Shown piece after piece: positions 30,749 to 39,999 of a stretch of 49,156 bases of DNA. Origin of the DNA: Flavobacteriaceae bacterium (GTDB lineage: Bacteria; Pseudomonadota; Alphaproteobacteria; Rhizobiales; Tepidamorphaceae); assembly GCA_050186955.1 (NCBI GenBank), contig JBFWXZ010000001.1:1-49156 (forward strand). The letters run 5' to 3'. The notes under the pieces were generated by a model. The model made no database searches and had not been told where the DNA came from. It saw nothing but the letters and a program-made list of their open reading frames with translations. The translations under genes and the position numbers were made by a program. The stretch's first letter is position 1, and each line of letters opens with the position of its first letter.

Positions 30749-30918
30749 AAATGGGCAGCTACTGCAAACGTAACTGGTCGATCATTTCCCTTACATATCG
30801 CTCCCGTCATCACCGGGCTCGACCCGGTGATCCATTCCGCTGTCGGGGCGGCAGACGGAACGGGAGTGGTCAGGGAGGCGTCATTGGAATGGATTGCCGG
30901 ATCAGGTCCGGCAATGAC

Positions 30919-30991
30919 GGCTAGGAGCACGGCATCAGCCCCAATCGTCATTCCGGCGAAGGCCGGAATCCAGAAATGGGCCGCTGTTGCA
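30919..30991. repeat. partial copy C of the 83-bp element (loop + one arm + shared tail)
   Basis: 30919-30973 equals the reverse complement of 30666-30720 with one mismatch by eye. The tail AAATGGGCCGCTGTTGCAA parallels AAATGGGCAGCTACTGCAA after copy B. Confidence 0.7.
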
Positions 30992-31063
30992 AGCTCAGGG
31001 GCCAAGAGGCTTCCCGTTCCGCGCCCACTTGTCATCACCGGCCGATGGCAGACGCCGCGCCGC

Positions 31064-31954
31064 TCAGGCCAGTTCCGCCACCGCCGTCGACCACGCCGGG
31101 TCGCGGTGCTTCTCCCAATAGGCGTCGATCAGCCGGCGGGTGAGGGGGCCGGGGCGGCCGTCGCCGACGGCCACGCCGTCGAGCCGCGTCACCGGCATGA
31201 TGCCGCCCGCCGTCGAGGTCGCGAATATCTCGTCGGCGGCGCGGATCTCCGCCACCGCGACCGGCCGCGCGCGATGGGGAATGCCGAGCTCCTTCATCAG
31301 GTCCAGCGTCGCCAGCCGGGTGATCCCCTCCAGCACGCCGCTGTCGGGCGTCGCCGCCTCGCTGGCGGAGACGACGAAGATGTTGAAGCCCGGCCCCTCG
31401 GCGATATCGCCCTCCGGCGTCGTCAGCAGCACGGTGCGCGCGCCCGTCTCATAGGCCTCGAACATGCCGTTGACGAGGTCGAGCCAGTGATAGTTCTTCA
31501 CCGTCGGGTCGACCGATTGCGGCGGAATGCGCTGGATCGCGCTGACATGGACGCTCAGCCCCTGCTCGCGCTCCTCGGGCCTGAGAATCCAGCCGAAATC
31601 GATGGCGAAGGCGATGAAGCGGTTCCTCGCGTCGCGCGGGTCGCGGCTGAAGGTCGCGGACACGCCGCGCGTGCAGATCATCTCGACATAGGCGTCGTCG
31701 AGCCCGGCCCTGGTCACGCAGGTCGCCAGCACCTTCGCCAGTTCGGCGCGCTCCATGCCGATGTCGAGCCTGAGCTTGGCGCAGGAGGCGAGGAAGCGGT
31801 CGAGATGGCTGTCGAGGCGGAAGAAGCGCCCCTTCCACACATGCACCACGTCATAGGTGGCGTCCGAGCGCAGGAAGCCCCAGTCGAGAACCGGGATGAC
31901 GGCCTCCTCCATCGGCACGTAGCGCCCGTTCATCCAGGCGATCCCGCGCGGCAT
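31064..31954 (-). CDS. fold-type IV PLP aminotransferase, resembling (R)-selective amine transaminases
   Basis: 296 aa. Blocks SDATYDVVHVWKGRFFRLDSHLDRF..SC.KLRL, DAYVEMICTRG, DPTVKNYHWLDL and TSTAGGIMPVTRLDG. ATG at 31954, with an in-frame GTG at 31966 as an alternative. Confidence 0.9.
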   Translation of the reverse strand: MPRGIAWMNGRYVPMEEAVIPVLDWGFLRSDATYDVVHVWKGRFFRLDSHLDRFLASCAKLRLDIGMERAELAKVLATCVTRAGLDDAYVEMICTRGVSATFSRDPRDARNRFIAFAIDFGWILRPEEREQGLSVHVSAIQRIPPQSVDPTVKNYHWLDLVNGMFEAYETGARTVLLTTPEGDIAEGPGFNIFVVSASEAATPDSGVLEGITRLATLDLMKELGIPHRARPVAVAEIRAADEIFATSTAGGIMPVTRLDGVAVGDGRPGPLTRRLIDAYWEKHRDPAWSTAVAELA

Positions 31955-31962
31955 CGGCTCGC

Positions 31963-32814
31963 TCACCGGTTCCTCCGCTTCTCGTAGCGCTCGATTGCCT
32001 TGGCGATCTCCCGCTTGGCTTCCTCGCGCGTCGGCTCGGCCGCCTTGAGGATCGCCCGCGCCTTGAAGAAGTCGAGGATGCGGAAGGTGCGGATGTTCGG
32101 CCTGAGCAGGATGTCGGGCGGCCGGTTGGCGACCCGTCCCTGGACGATGGTCTGCATCATCAGCTGCGTCGAGCCGAGGATGGTCTCGAGCGGATTGGGC
32201 ACCTTGCCGGGCTCGCCGCGCGGCCCCTTGATGACGTCGACGGCGACGACGATCTCGGCACGGTGGGCGAGCGCCTCGGTCGGCAGCGGGTCGACGATGC
32301 CGCCGTCGACGAGGATGCGGCCGTCGAACACCACCGGCCTGAAGATCGCCGGGATGGCCATGGAGGCGGCGATGGCGGGCCGCAGCGGCCCTGTCTCGAA
32401 ATTCACCGGATCGGAGCCGTAGAAATCCGCCGCGACGGCGGTGAACGGCACCTTGAGCGCCGCGAATTCCTCGGGAATGGTGTCCGGCAGGAAGGCGCTC
32501 AGCAGCCGTTCTGCGTCGATCTGCAGGGGGTTCGACAGGCTGGGGCGCAGGACGCCGCCGAGGCGCTTGTTCTGTGCCCGCATCAGCCGCGAGACGACCT
32601 CGGTGCGCGAGCGGAAGATATCGAGGATCTCGCGGCGGATCTCGTTCGCCGTCATCCCCGCGCAATAGGGCGCGCCGATCACCGCGCCGATCGAGGTGCC
32701 GGCGACGTGGGAGGGGACGATGCCGAGATCGTCCAGCGCCTCCATCACCGAAAGATGCGCGAAGCCGCGCGCGCCGCCGCCGCTGAGCGCCAGCCCGATG
32801 CGCGGCGCGCTCAC
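31963..32814 (-). CDS. patatin-like phospholipase
   Basis: GGGARG oxyanion motif, GTSIG (GxSxG) and DGG (LVDGGIVDP). A GTG at 32814 overlaps the upstream stop (GTGA). The track start at 32862 (also GTG) would overlap the upstream gene by 52 nt. Confidence 0.85.
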   Translation of the reverse strand: MSAPRIGLALSGGGARGFAHLSVMEALDDLGIVPSHVAGTSIGAVIGAPYCAGMTANEIRREILDIFRSRTEVVSRLMRAQNKRLGGVLRPSLSNPLQIDAERLLSAFLPDTIPEEFAALKVPFTAVAADFYGSDPVNFETGPLRPAIAASMAIPAIFRPVVFDGRILVDGGIVDPLPTEALAHRAEIVVAVDVIKGPRGEPGKVPNPLETILGSTQLMMQTIVQGRVANRPPDILLRPNIRTFRILDFFKARAILKAAEPTREEAKREIAKAIERYEKRRNR

Positions 32815-33917
32815 CCCTTCGGCCCCGTGCTTCCGGCCCCCGCCTTCCCGGCGAAGCGCCACGCCGTCTCCGCCAGCGGCCGCACCTGGCTGGCCATCGC
32901 CGCCGCGTTCTGGTTGGTCGCGGTGCCGTCGCGCACCCGCCCGACGATTCCCTGGAGGATCGCCGCGAGGCGGAAGAAATTATAGGCGAGATAGAAGTCG
33001 AGATCGGCGATGCCGGGCGTGCCCGTGCGCTCGCAGTAGCGTGCGACATAGTCCTCCGCCGAGGGAATGCCGAGGCCCGGGAGGTCGGTTTCCTTGAGGC
33101 TTCCGGTGCCGCCGCCGTCGCGCGCCACCGGCATGAACCAGGTCATCAGATGGTAGGTGAAGTCGCCGAGCGGGTCGCCGAGCGTCGCCAGCTCCCAGTC
33201 GAGCACCGCCTTCACGCGCGGCGCCCCGGCCTCGACGATGAGGTTGTCGAGCCGGTAGTCGCCATGCACCAGGCTTATGCGCGACGTTTGCGGCGCCGCG
33301 CCGGGCAGCCATTCCATCAGCCGGTCCATCGCCGCGATGTCCTCGGTGCGCGACGCCTCGTACTGGCCCGACCAGCGCCTGATCTGGCGCGCCACATAGC
33401 CCTCGCCCTTGCCGAAATCGGCGAGCCCCAGCGCCGCCGGATCGAAGGAATGCAGCCGCGCGATCGTCTCGTTCATGGCGTCGTATATGGCGGCGCGCTC
33501 GGCCCGCTCGACGCCGGGGATGGCCGGTTCCCAGAAGATGCGGCCCTCGACCCGGTCCATGACGTAGAACATGGTGCCGATGACGTCCTCGTCGTCGCAC
33601 AGCAGCCACGGCCGGGCGACCGGGAATGCGGCCTCGTGCAGCGCCGAGATGACGCGGAACTCGCGGTCGACCGCATGGGCGCTCGGCAGCAGCCTGCCCG
33701 GCGGCTTGCGGCGCAGCACATAGGCGCGTTCCGGCGTCGTCAGCAGATAGGTCGGGTTCGACTGGCCGCCCTTGAACTGGCTGACCTGTAGTGGGCCGCG
33801 AAAGCCCTCGATGCGGCCCTCGAGATAGCGCTCCAGCCTGCCGGCATCGAAGGCGAGGGCCTGCGGAACCTCTTTGGTCCCGCTGAAGGCGTCCTGCCTG
33901 TCGATGCGTCCGCTCAT
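32811..33917 (-). CDS. APH/choline-kinase-fold phosphotransferase (ACAD10/LvaA-like kinase family)
   Basis: The blocks [23 protein letters not shown] (HxDxxxxN) and [11 protein letters not shown]. Its ATG at 33917 overlaps the purD stop (ATGA). The upstream part of track ORF 32811..34322 overlaps purD and is not coding. Confidence 0.85.
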   Translation of the reverse strand: MSGRIDRQDAFSGTKEVPQALAFDAGRLERYLEGRIEGFRGPLQVSQFKGGQSNPTYLLTTPERAYVLRRKPPGRLLPSAHAVDREFRVISALHEAAFPVARPWLLCDDEDVIGTMFYVMDRVEGRIFWEPAIPGVERAERAAIYDAMNETIARLHSFDPAALGLADFGKGEGYVARQIRRWSGQYEASRTEDIAAMDRLMEWLPGAAPQTSRISLVHGDYRLDNLIVEAGAPRVKAVLDWELATLGDPLGDFTYHLMTWFMPVARDGGGTGSLKETDLPGLGIPSAEDYVARYCERTGTPGIADLDFYLAYNFFRLAAILQGIVGRVRDGTATNQNAAAMASQVRPLAETAWRFAGKAGAGSTGPKG

Positions 33918-35194
33918 GCGTCGCGTTCCCGCTCCACCGCGCGCCAGCCGATGTCGCGGCGGCAGAAGCCGCCCGGCCAGTCGATCCGGTCGACGGCGGC
34001 ATAGGCGCGGGCCTGCGCCTCGGCGACGCTCGCGCCGAGCGCCGTCACGTTGAGCACGCGGCCGCCGGTCGCCAGCAGCTTCCCGCCGTCGCGCGTCGTG
34101 CCGGCGTGGAAGACCATCAGGTCGGGATCGTCCTTCAGCGCGTCGAGTCCCTTGATCTCGCTGCCCTTCTCGTAGGCGCCGGGATAGCCCTTCGCGGCCA
34201 TCACCACGGTCAGCGCCGCCTCGCCGTGCCAGCGCACGCTCATCGACGACAATATGCCGTCGGCGGCGCCCTTGAGCAGCAGCAGCAGATCGTCCTTGAG
34301 CCGCATCATCAGCACCTGGCATTCCGGGTCGCCGAAGCGGACATTGTATTCGATCAGTTTCGGGCCTTCAGCGGTGATCATCAGCCCGGCGAACAGCACG
34401 CCCTGGAAGGGGCAGCCCTCGCGCGCCATGGCGGCGAGCGTCGGCTCGACGATCTCGCCCATCACCCGGGCGGTCATCGCCTCGTCCATGACCGGCGCCG
34501 GCGAATAGGCGCCCATGCCGCCGGTATTGGGGCCGGTGTCGCCGTCGAAGGCGCGCTTGTGGTCCTGAGCCGAGGCGAGCGGCAGCGCCGTGCTGCCGTC
34601 GCACAGCGCGAAGAAGCTCGCCTCCTCGCCCTGCAGGAACTCCTCGATGACGATCTCGGCGCCGGCCGCCCCGAAGGCGCCGCCGAGAATGTCGTCGACG
34701 GCCTCCTCGGCCTGGCCGAGGTCCTCGGCGATGATGACGCCCTTGCCGGCAGCCAGCCCGTCGGCCTTGATGACGACCGGCATCGCGTGGGTCTTCAGAT
34801 AGGCCTTCGCCGGCCCCGCCTCGCTGAAGCGCTCGAAGGCGGCGGTCGGGATGTCGTTGGTCCGGCAGATTTCCTTGGTGAAGCTCTTGGAGCCCTCAAG
34901 CCGTGCCGCGGCCGCGCTCGGGCCGAAGACGGCGAGGCCCGCCGCCCGCAGATGGTCGGCGAGCCCGGCGACCAGCGGCGCCTCGGGGCCGACGACGACG
35001 AGGTCGATGGCCTTGTCGCGGGCGAAGGCGGCGATGGCCTCGTGATCCTCCAGCGAGAGGTCGACCAGCGTCGCCACCTCGGCGATCCCCGCATTGCCGG
35101 GCCCGCAATAGAGCGTGTCGAGCGCCGGGCTGGCGGCGATCGCCCAGGCAAGCGCGTGCTCGCGGCCGCCCGATCCCAGAAGCAGTACCTTCAT
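33914..35194 (-). CDS. purD: phosphoribosylamine--glycine ligase
   Basis: 426 aa. [17 protein letters not shown]..., an ATP-grasp core and the [15 protein letters not shown] block. Confidence 0.97.
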   Translation of the reverse strand: MKVLLLGSGGREHALAWAIAASPALDTLYCGPGNAGIAEVATLVDLSLEDHEAIAAFARDKAIDLVVVGPEAPLVAGLADHLRAAGLAVFGPSAAAARLEGSKSFTKEICRTNDIPTAAFERFSEAGPAKAYLKTHAMPVVIKADGLAAGKGVIIAEDLGQAEEAVDDILGGAFGAAGAEIVIEEFLQGEEASFFALCDGSTALPLASAQDHKRAFDGDTGPNTGGMGAYSPAPVMDEAMTARVMGEIVEPTLAAMAREGCPFQGVLFAGLMITAEGPKLIEYNVRFGDPECQVLMMRLKDDLLLLLKGAADGILSSMSVRWHGEAALTVVMAAKGYPGAYEKGSEIKGLDALKDDPDLMVFHAGTTRDGGKLLATGGRVLNVTALGASVAEAQARAYAAVDRIDWPGGFCRRDIGWRAVERERDA

Positions 35195-35292
35195 CTCCGG
35201 CTGGCTCGCTCCGCTCGACGTATTTGGGACACCGACGCAAAGGGTTGTAGCATCCAGCCGGATTCGCTCAAGGCTGAACGGAGCACGCCGCG

Positions 35293-36723
35293 TTGACCGC
35301 CCCGCAAAATCTTCCCGAGTTTACCGTCGGCGAGCTGGCGGGCGCGCTCAAGCGCACGGTCGAGGACAATTTCTCGCTGGTGCGGCTGCGCGGCGAGGTG
35401 TCCGGCTATCGCGGGCCTCATTCCTCCGGCCACGCCTATTTCTCGATCAAGGACAGCGACGCCGTCATCGATGCGGTGATCTGGCGCGGCGTCTTCTCGC
35501 GGCTGCGCTTCCGGCCCGAGGAGGGCATGGAGGTGATCGCCACCGGCAAGATCACCACCTATCCGCGCAGCTCCAAATACCAGATCGTCGTCGAGGCGAT
35601 CGAGCCGGCCGGCGAGGGCGCGCTGATGGCGCTGCTGGAGGCGCGCCGCAAGCAGCTCGCCGCCGAGGGTCTGTTCGACGCATCGCGCAAGAAGCCGTTG
35701 CCCGCGCTTCCCGCCACCATCGGCGTCGTCACCTCGCCGACCGGCGCGGTGATCCGCGACATCCTGCACCGCATCGCCGACCGGTTCCCGGTCCGCGTCG
35801 TCGTCTGGCCGGTGCGCGTGCAGGGCGACGGCGCCGCCGAGGAGATCGCCGCCGCCATCGCCGGCTTCAACGCCGCCGGCGATTCCGGCCCGGTGCCGCG
35901 TCCCGACCTGCTGATCGTCGCCCGCGGCGGCGGCAGCCTGGAGGATCTGTGGTGTTTCAACGAGGAGGTCGTGGTGCGCGCCGCCGCCGCCAGCGACATC
36001 CCGCTGATCTCGGCGGTCGGCCACGAGACCGATACCACGCTGATCGACTTCGCCGCCGATATCCGCGCGCCGACGCCGACGGCGGCGGCCGAGATCGCCG
36101 TGCCGGTGCGCGCCGAGCTTCTCGCCACGCTCGGCGACCTGCGCCAGCGCCTGCTTTCCGGCCTCGCCCGGCGGCTCAGGGAATGCCGTGCCGAGCTGCA
36201 GGCGGCGGTGCGCGGCCTGCCGCGGCCCGCCGAGATCATCGCCCTTGCCCGCCAGCGCTACGACAACGCCGCCGGCCGCCTGTCGCGCGCCCTCGGCGTC
36301 AATGTCGAGAAGCACCGCGCTGGGCTCGCGCGCATCGCCGGCCGGCTGTCGCCGGGCCTGCTGCGCCAGCCGATCAGCCGTGCATCAGACCATATCGGGG
36401 CGCTGGCGCACCGCGCCGACCGCTGCGTCCAGGCGGTTCTGGAGCGCGCGACCGGACGCCTCGGGCGTCACGCCGATCTGCTGAAGGCGCTGGGCTACAC
36501 CGCGACGCTCGCGCGCGGCTTCGTGCTGGTGCGCGACGAGGCCGGCAATCCGCTCAAGCGGGCGGCCGAGGTCGCCTCCGGCATGGCGCTGTCGCTGCAA
36601 TTCGCCGACGACGCCGTGCAGGCGGTCGCCGCCGGCGGCGCGGCGAGGAAGCCGCGCGCCAGACGCGGCGAGGCAGGCGGCCGGGACGAGGGCAGCGCCC
36701 CCGATCTCTTCTCGCAGGACTGA
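35293..36723 (+). CDS. xseA: exodeoxyribonuclease VII large subunit
   Basis: The blocks [51 protein letters not shown] and [11 protein letters not shown] start at 35293. Confidence 0.93.
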   Translation: MTAPQNLPEFTVGELAGALKRTVEDNFSLVRLRGEVSGYRGPHSSGHAYFSIKDSDAVIDAVIWRGVFSRLRFRPEEGMEVIATGKITTYPRSSKYQIVVEAIEPAGEGALMALLEARRKQLAAEGLFDASRKKPLPALPATIGVVTSPTGAVIRDILHRIADRFPVRVVVWPVRVQGDGAAEEIAAAIAGFNAAGDSGPVPRPDLLIVARGGGSLEDLWCFNEEVVVRAAAASDIPLISAVGHETDTTLIDFAADIRAPTPTAAAEIAVPVRAELLATLGDLRQRLLSGLARRLRECRAELQAAVRGLPRPAEIIALARQRYDNAAGRLSRALGVNVEKHRAGLARIAGRLSPGLLRQPISRASDHIGALAHRADRCVQAVLERATGRLGRHADLLKALGYTATLARGFVLVRDEAGNPLKRAAEVASGMALSLQFADDAVQAVAAGGAARKPRARRGEAGGRDEGSAPDLFSQD

Positions 36724-36782
36724 TTGCTCTGGAAAATCCCGCCCCGCGCGGCTACATCTGGGAGCGCTGAGGAAGAGCCCGC

Positions 36783-37004
36783 ATGAACCGTTTCGAAAAG
36801 CCGCTTTCCGGCGGAGAGGCAGAGCTGCGCTACCTCGACGGCGATTACCAGATCGTCCGCCGGGGCGCCTTCGTGCGCTGCACGGTGACCGGCGAGCCGA
36901 TCCCCCTCGAGCAGCTCCGCTACTGGAACGTCGACCGCCAGGAAGCCTATGCGAGCGCGGCCATCGCCGTCGCCCGCCACAGCGAGTTCCTCAAGCGCCG
37001 CTAG
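36783..37004 (+). CDS. small conserved protein, DUF2093-like
   Basis: 73 aa with GAGGAAGAG upstream of the ATG. The family name is from recall. The 3' end overlaps the convergent lpxK 3' end by 14 nt. Confidence 0.65.
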   Translation: MNRFEKPLSGGEAELRYLDGDYQIVRRGAFVRCTVTGEPIPLEQLRYWNVDRQEAYASAAIAVARHSEFLKRR

Positions 37005-38001
37005 CCAGCAGCGCGTCGAGCAGGCCCTTCAGTTTTTCCGCGCTTTCGCCGTCGAGCTCCAGCGCCACCGGATAGGCGACGGTGTTGGCGTAGAGCGTCG
37101 CCAGCGGCCCGTCGCGGCGGCCCGCCAGCCTGAGCCGGTCCTTCTCCGTCGTCACCAGCACAGCCTCCTCGCGCGCCGCGTGGGCGATGAGCCCCTGCGC
37201 CTCCTCGACGGTGAAGCGGTGATGATCGGGGAAGGGGATGCGGGCCACCGTCTCCAGCTTCTTCTCGGCCAGCATCTCGAAGAACTTCTCCGGCCGGCCG
37301 ATCCCCGAGAAGGCGATCAGCTTCCTGTCCCGCAGGCCGCGCGGCACCCGTCCGCCCAGCGTGCCGCGCAGCACCGGCAGGCCGTGGCTCGCTGCCTCCA
37401 GCCCGGCATTGCGGCGGTCCTCGCCGATCACCAGCGCCGCCTGCGCGGCGTTGAACTGCGGCGCCGCGGCGAGCCGCAGCGGCCCCGCCGGCAGCACCAT
37501 GCCGTTGCCCAGCCCCACCACGCCGTCGATGACGAGGATCGACAGGTCCTTGGCCAGCGCCGGGTTCTGGAAGCCGTCGTCCATGACGATGATGTCGCCG
37601 TAGCGCGCCGCCAGCACCGCGCCGGCGCGCCGGTCGGCGCTGACGATGACCGGCGCGTGGCGCGCCAGCAGCAGCGGCTCGTCGCCGACATCCTTGCTGA
37701 CGTGGCGCTCCGGCTCGACCCGCACCGGCCCCTTGAGGCGTCCGCCATAGCCGCGCGTCAGGAACACCGGCTTGCGACCGCGCTCCTTGAGCGTCTCGGC
37801 GATGCGGATCGCCGTCGGCGTCTTGCCGGCGCCGCCAGCCGTCGGATTGCCGATGCAGATGACGGGAAGCTGCGCCTTCGCCGGCCTCGAATGATCGAAG
37901 CGCAGCCGGGCGACCAGCCCGTAGACCAGCGAGGCCGGTTGCAGCAGCCGGGCCGCGAGCGAGGGGGTGGGGGACCACCAGAAGGCGGGCGCACGCATCA
38001 T
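36991..38001 (-). CDS. lpxK: tetraacyldisaccharide 4'-kinase
   Basis: FWW....LLQP, the VICIGNPTAGGAGKTP P-loop and FLTRGYGG. Its ATG overlaps the waaA stop (ATGA). Confidence 0.93.
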   Translation of the reverse strand: MMRAPAFWWSPTPSLAARLLQPASLVYGLVARLRFDHSRPAKAQLPVICIGNPTAGGAGKTPTAIRIAETLKERGRKPVFLTRGYGGRLKGPVRVEPERHVSKDVGDEPLLLARHAPVIVSADRRAGAVLAARYGDIIVMDDGFQNPALAKDLSILVIDGVVGLGNGMVLPAGPLRLAAAPQFNAAQAALVIGEDRRNAGLEAASHGLPVLRGTLGGRVPRGLRDRKLIAFSGIGRPEKFFEMLAEKKLETVARIPFPDHHRFTVEEAQGLIAHAAREEAVLVTTEKDRLRLAGRRDGPLATLYANTVAYPVALELDGESAEKLKGLLDALLASGA

Positions 38002-39320
38002 GCCTCACGCCCTATCGTCTTTTCGATCAGCGGGGCAAGCGCCGCGAAGGAGCGGTCGAGGGCGCCGCCGAGCGGTTCGATGGCGCTGGCGGCTGCCTCC
38101 GCGCGCAATCTGCGCGCCGCCGGATTGGCGACCAGCCGCTCGACGCTCTGCGCCAGCTTGAGCGGCCCGTCGACCAGTTCGGCGCCGCCGAGCTCGTCGA
38201 GCGCCGCATAGGCATCGGCGAAATTGAAGGTGTAGGGGCCGTGCAGGATGGCGGTGTGGAGCTTGGCCGGCTCGATGGGATTCTGTCCGCCGCGCTTGGC
38301 CAGCGAGCCGCCGATGAAGGCGGTCTCGCTGAGCCGGTAGGCGAGGCCGAGCTCGCCGATCGTGTCGAAGACGAAGACGTCGTCGCCCTCCCGCGGCAGC
38401 CGGCTGGTGGAGCGTACCGAGGTCTTGAGGTCGAGCTTCGCCGCCATGCCGACGATCTCGCGGGCCCGCTCGGGATGGCGCGGCGCCAGCAGCACGATCA
38501 GCCCCTTGTGGCTGCGCATCGCCCGCACATGCGCCTCCAGCACCACCGCCTCCTCGCCGGGATGGGTGCTGGCGGCGACCCAGACCGGCCGCGTGCCGAG
38601 CGCGCTGCGGAAGGCGGCGAGGTCCATCGCCGAGGCGGCGGGCGCCGGCACGTCGAACTTCACATTGCCGGTGCGCTGGGCGTGGCGCGCGCCGAGCTCG
38701 CGCAGCCGCCGGGTGTCGGCGTCGGATTGCGCGAGGCAGACGGTATAGGCGTTGAGCAGCCAGCCGACGGTCTGCGGCGCCAGCTTCCAGCGCTTGAACG
38801 AGCGGTCCGACATCCGCCCGTTGACCAGCGCCGCCGGGATGCCGCGCGCCTTGAGCTGCATCAGCATGTTGGGCCAGATCTCGCTTTCCGCGAACACCGT
38901 GAGATCCGGCTTCCAGAAGTCGAGGAAGCGCTTCACCGGCGCTGGCGTGTCGAGCACCGCGAACTGGTGGATCGTGCCTTCCGGCATCCGCGTCGACGCC
39001 ATCTGGGCCGACGTCACGGTGACCGTGGTCAGCAGCAGCTTCACCTGCGGATAGCGCCGGGCGATGCGGTGCATCAGCGGCAGGATGGCGTTGGTCTCGC
39101 CGACGCTGGCGGCGTGGAACCACACCAGCGGTCCCTGCGGCCGCGCCAGCCCCGGATTGCCGATCCGCTCGCCGATCCGCTCGGCGACCTCCTTGCCCTG
39201 CCGCAGGCGCCGCCTGAGGATCTTCCCCGCCAGCGGCGCCAGCAGGGTCGTCGCGCCGCGATAGGCGCTCAGCCCGAGTGGCGTGCGCTCACGTGCCATC
39301 GCGGCGATCCACGATCGCAT
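37998..39320 (-). CDS. waaA: 3-deoxy-D-manno-octulosonic acid (Kdo) transferase
   Basis: The WFHAASVGE block, a GT30 fold and GGSL...GGQNPIEPA. ATG at 39320 or 39299. Either start overlaps the upstream DUF374 gene. Confidence 0.92.
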   Translation of the reverse strand: MRSWIAAMARERTPLGLSAYRGATTLLAPLAGKILRRRLRQGKEVAERIGERIGNPGLARPQGPLVWFHAASVGETNAILPLMHRIARRYPQVKLLLTTVTVTSAQMASTRMPEGTIHQFAVLDTPAPVKRFLDFWKPDLTVFAESEIWPNMLMQLKARGIPAALVNGRMSDRSFKRWKLAPQTVGWLLNAYTVCLAQSDADTRRLRELGARHAQRTGNVKFDVPAPAASAMDLAAFRSALGTRPVWVAASTHPGEEAVVLEAHVRAMRSHKGLIVLLAPRHPERAREIVGMAAKLDLKTSVRSTSRLPREGDDVFVFDTIGELGLAYRLSETAFIGGSLAKRGGQNPIEPAKLHTAILHGPYTFNFADAYAALDELGGAELVDGPLKLAQSVERLVANPAARRLRAEAAASAIEPLGGALDRSFAALAPLIEKTIGREA

Positions 39321-39990
39321 AGGCGCGCGCCGTCGCCGCGTTGAGATTGTCCTGGGTCTTCTTCCGGTAGGCTTCCAGCGTCTCGTTGTCGGCGTCGCGC
39401 GGCACCTCGACGAATTCGCCGGCGACGATGGCGCCGCGCCCGAAGGGCAGGTTGAGTTGCGACTTGTCCCAGGTGTCGAAGCCGATCCGGTTGCGGGTCG
39501 CGATCGCCGCCGGGACGATCGGCCGCCCGGTCATCGAGGCCAGCTTGACGATGCCGAGGCCGGCGCGCCGCGCCACCTTCGGCACGTCGGCGGTCAGCGC
39601 CACCGTGTGGCCCTGCTCCAGCGCCTCCATCATCAGCCGGAAGGCGCTGACCCCGCCCTTGGCGGCGAAGCGCCCGTAATGGTCGCCGGAGCCGCGGATG
39701 GTGCCGATGCCCAGCGCCTCCGCCGCCACCGCGTTGATCTCGCCGTCGCGATGGCGCGAGATCAGCGCCTTGGCCGACCAGCCGCGCCGGTTGATGAACG
39801 GGATCATGAAATGCTCGCCGTGCCACATGGCGATGATCACCGGCAGCCTCGCCTCCACCGTGTCGAAGATGTCGGCCGGCTCGACGGTGTAGCGCGTGGT
39901 CGCGTTGACGAGCTTCAGATAGGTGGCGATGGACTTGCCGAGGGCGCGCTGCACGCCCGGCCTGGAACCGATTTTCTTGATCGAGAGCAT
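39289..39990 (-). CDS. DUF374 / lysophospholipid acyltransferase-like protein
   Basis: 233 aa with WHGEHFM and SRHRDGE blocks. It has the usual position upstream of waaA in alphaproteobacteria (from recall). Confidence 0.78.
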   Translation of the reverse strand: MLSIKKIGSRPGVQRALGKSIATYLKLVNATTRYTVEPADIFDTVEARLPVIIAMWHGEHFMIPFINRRGWSAKALISRHRDGEINAVAAEALGIGTIRGSGDHYGRFAAKGGVSAFRLMMEALEQGHTVALTADVPKVARRAGLGIVKLASMTGRPIVPAAIATRNRIGFDTWDKSQLNLPFGRGAIVAGEFVEVPRDADNETLEAYRKKTQDNLNAATARAYAIVDRRDGT

Positions 39991-39999
39991 GCCGCCGTC

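Larger units (their letters stand above)
30440..31060. repeat. gene-free nest of REP-like palindromic elements (about 620 bp)
   Basis: Perfect hairpins lie at 30511-30535 (GAAATCCCTCC-GGG-GGAGGGATTTC), 30810-30830 (TCACCGGG-CTCGA-CCCGGTGA) and 30893-30915 (ATTGCCGGA-TCAGG-TCCGGCAAT). It also holds the 83-bp element and a partial inverted copy. GC is lower than in the flanks. Confidence 0.8.

Noticed and set aside
30856-30884. GGAAC-N17-CGTC, a near-EcfG promoter motif inside the repeat nest.
   Set aside because: The -10 element is imperfect, there is no downstream + strand gene, and the motif lies within repeat sequence.
30637-31038. ORFs 30637-30924 (+) and 30715-31038 (-) inside the repeat nest.
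   Set aside because: Their translations (WIPAFAGMTIGADAVLLAVI...) are the well-known artefact of translating REP-like palindromes. The two ORFs mirror each other across the inverted repeats.
27591-31060. The repeats as a CRISPR array or as the terminal inverted repeats of an IS/transposon.
   Set aside because: The repeats are internally palindromic, irregularly spaced and few in number. No cas gene and no transposase lies between or beside them. The enclosed genes are housekeeping RNA-modification genes.
31963-32862. The patatin-like phospholipase as a CBASS-type or other anti-phage effector.
   Set aside because: No cyclase (CD-NTase/SMODS), sensor, ATPase or other defence partner is nearby. 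The flanks are purD and metabolic enzymes with overlapping codons. Composition matches the core genome.
35195-35292. Possible riboswitch or attenuator in the 98-bp purD/xseA divergent region. An 8-bp inverted repeat CCGGCTGG/CCAGCCGG (35197-35204 and 35254-35261) ends next to the purD ATG.
   Set aside because: There is no resemblance to ZTP or purine riboswitch cores that I can recall. The GGAG in the stem abuts the ATG with no spacing, so it is not a functional SD being sequestered. The region is too short to host both divergent promoters and a structured leader.
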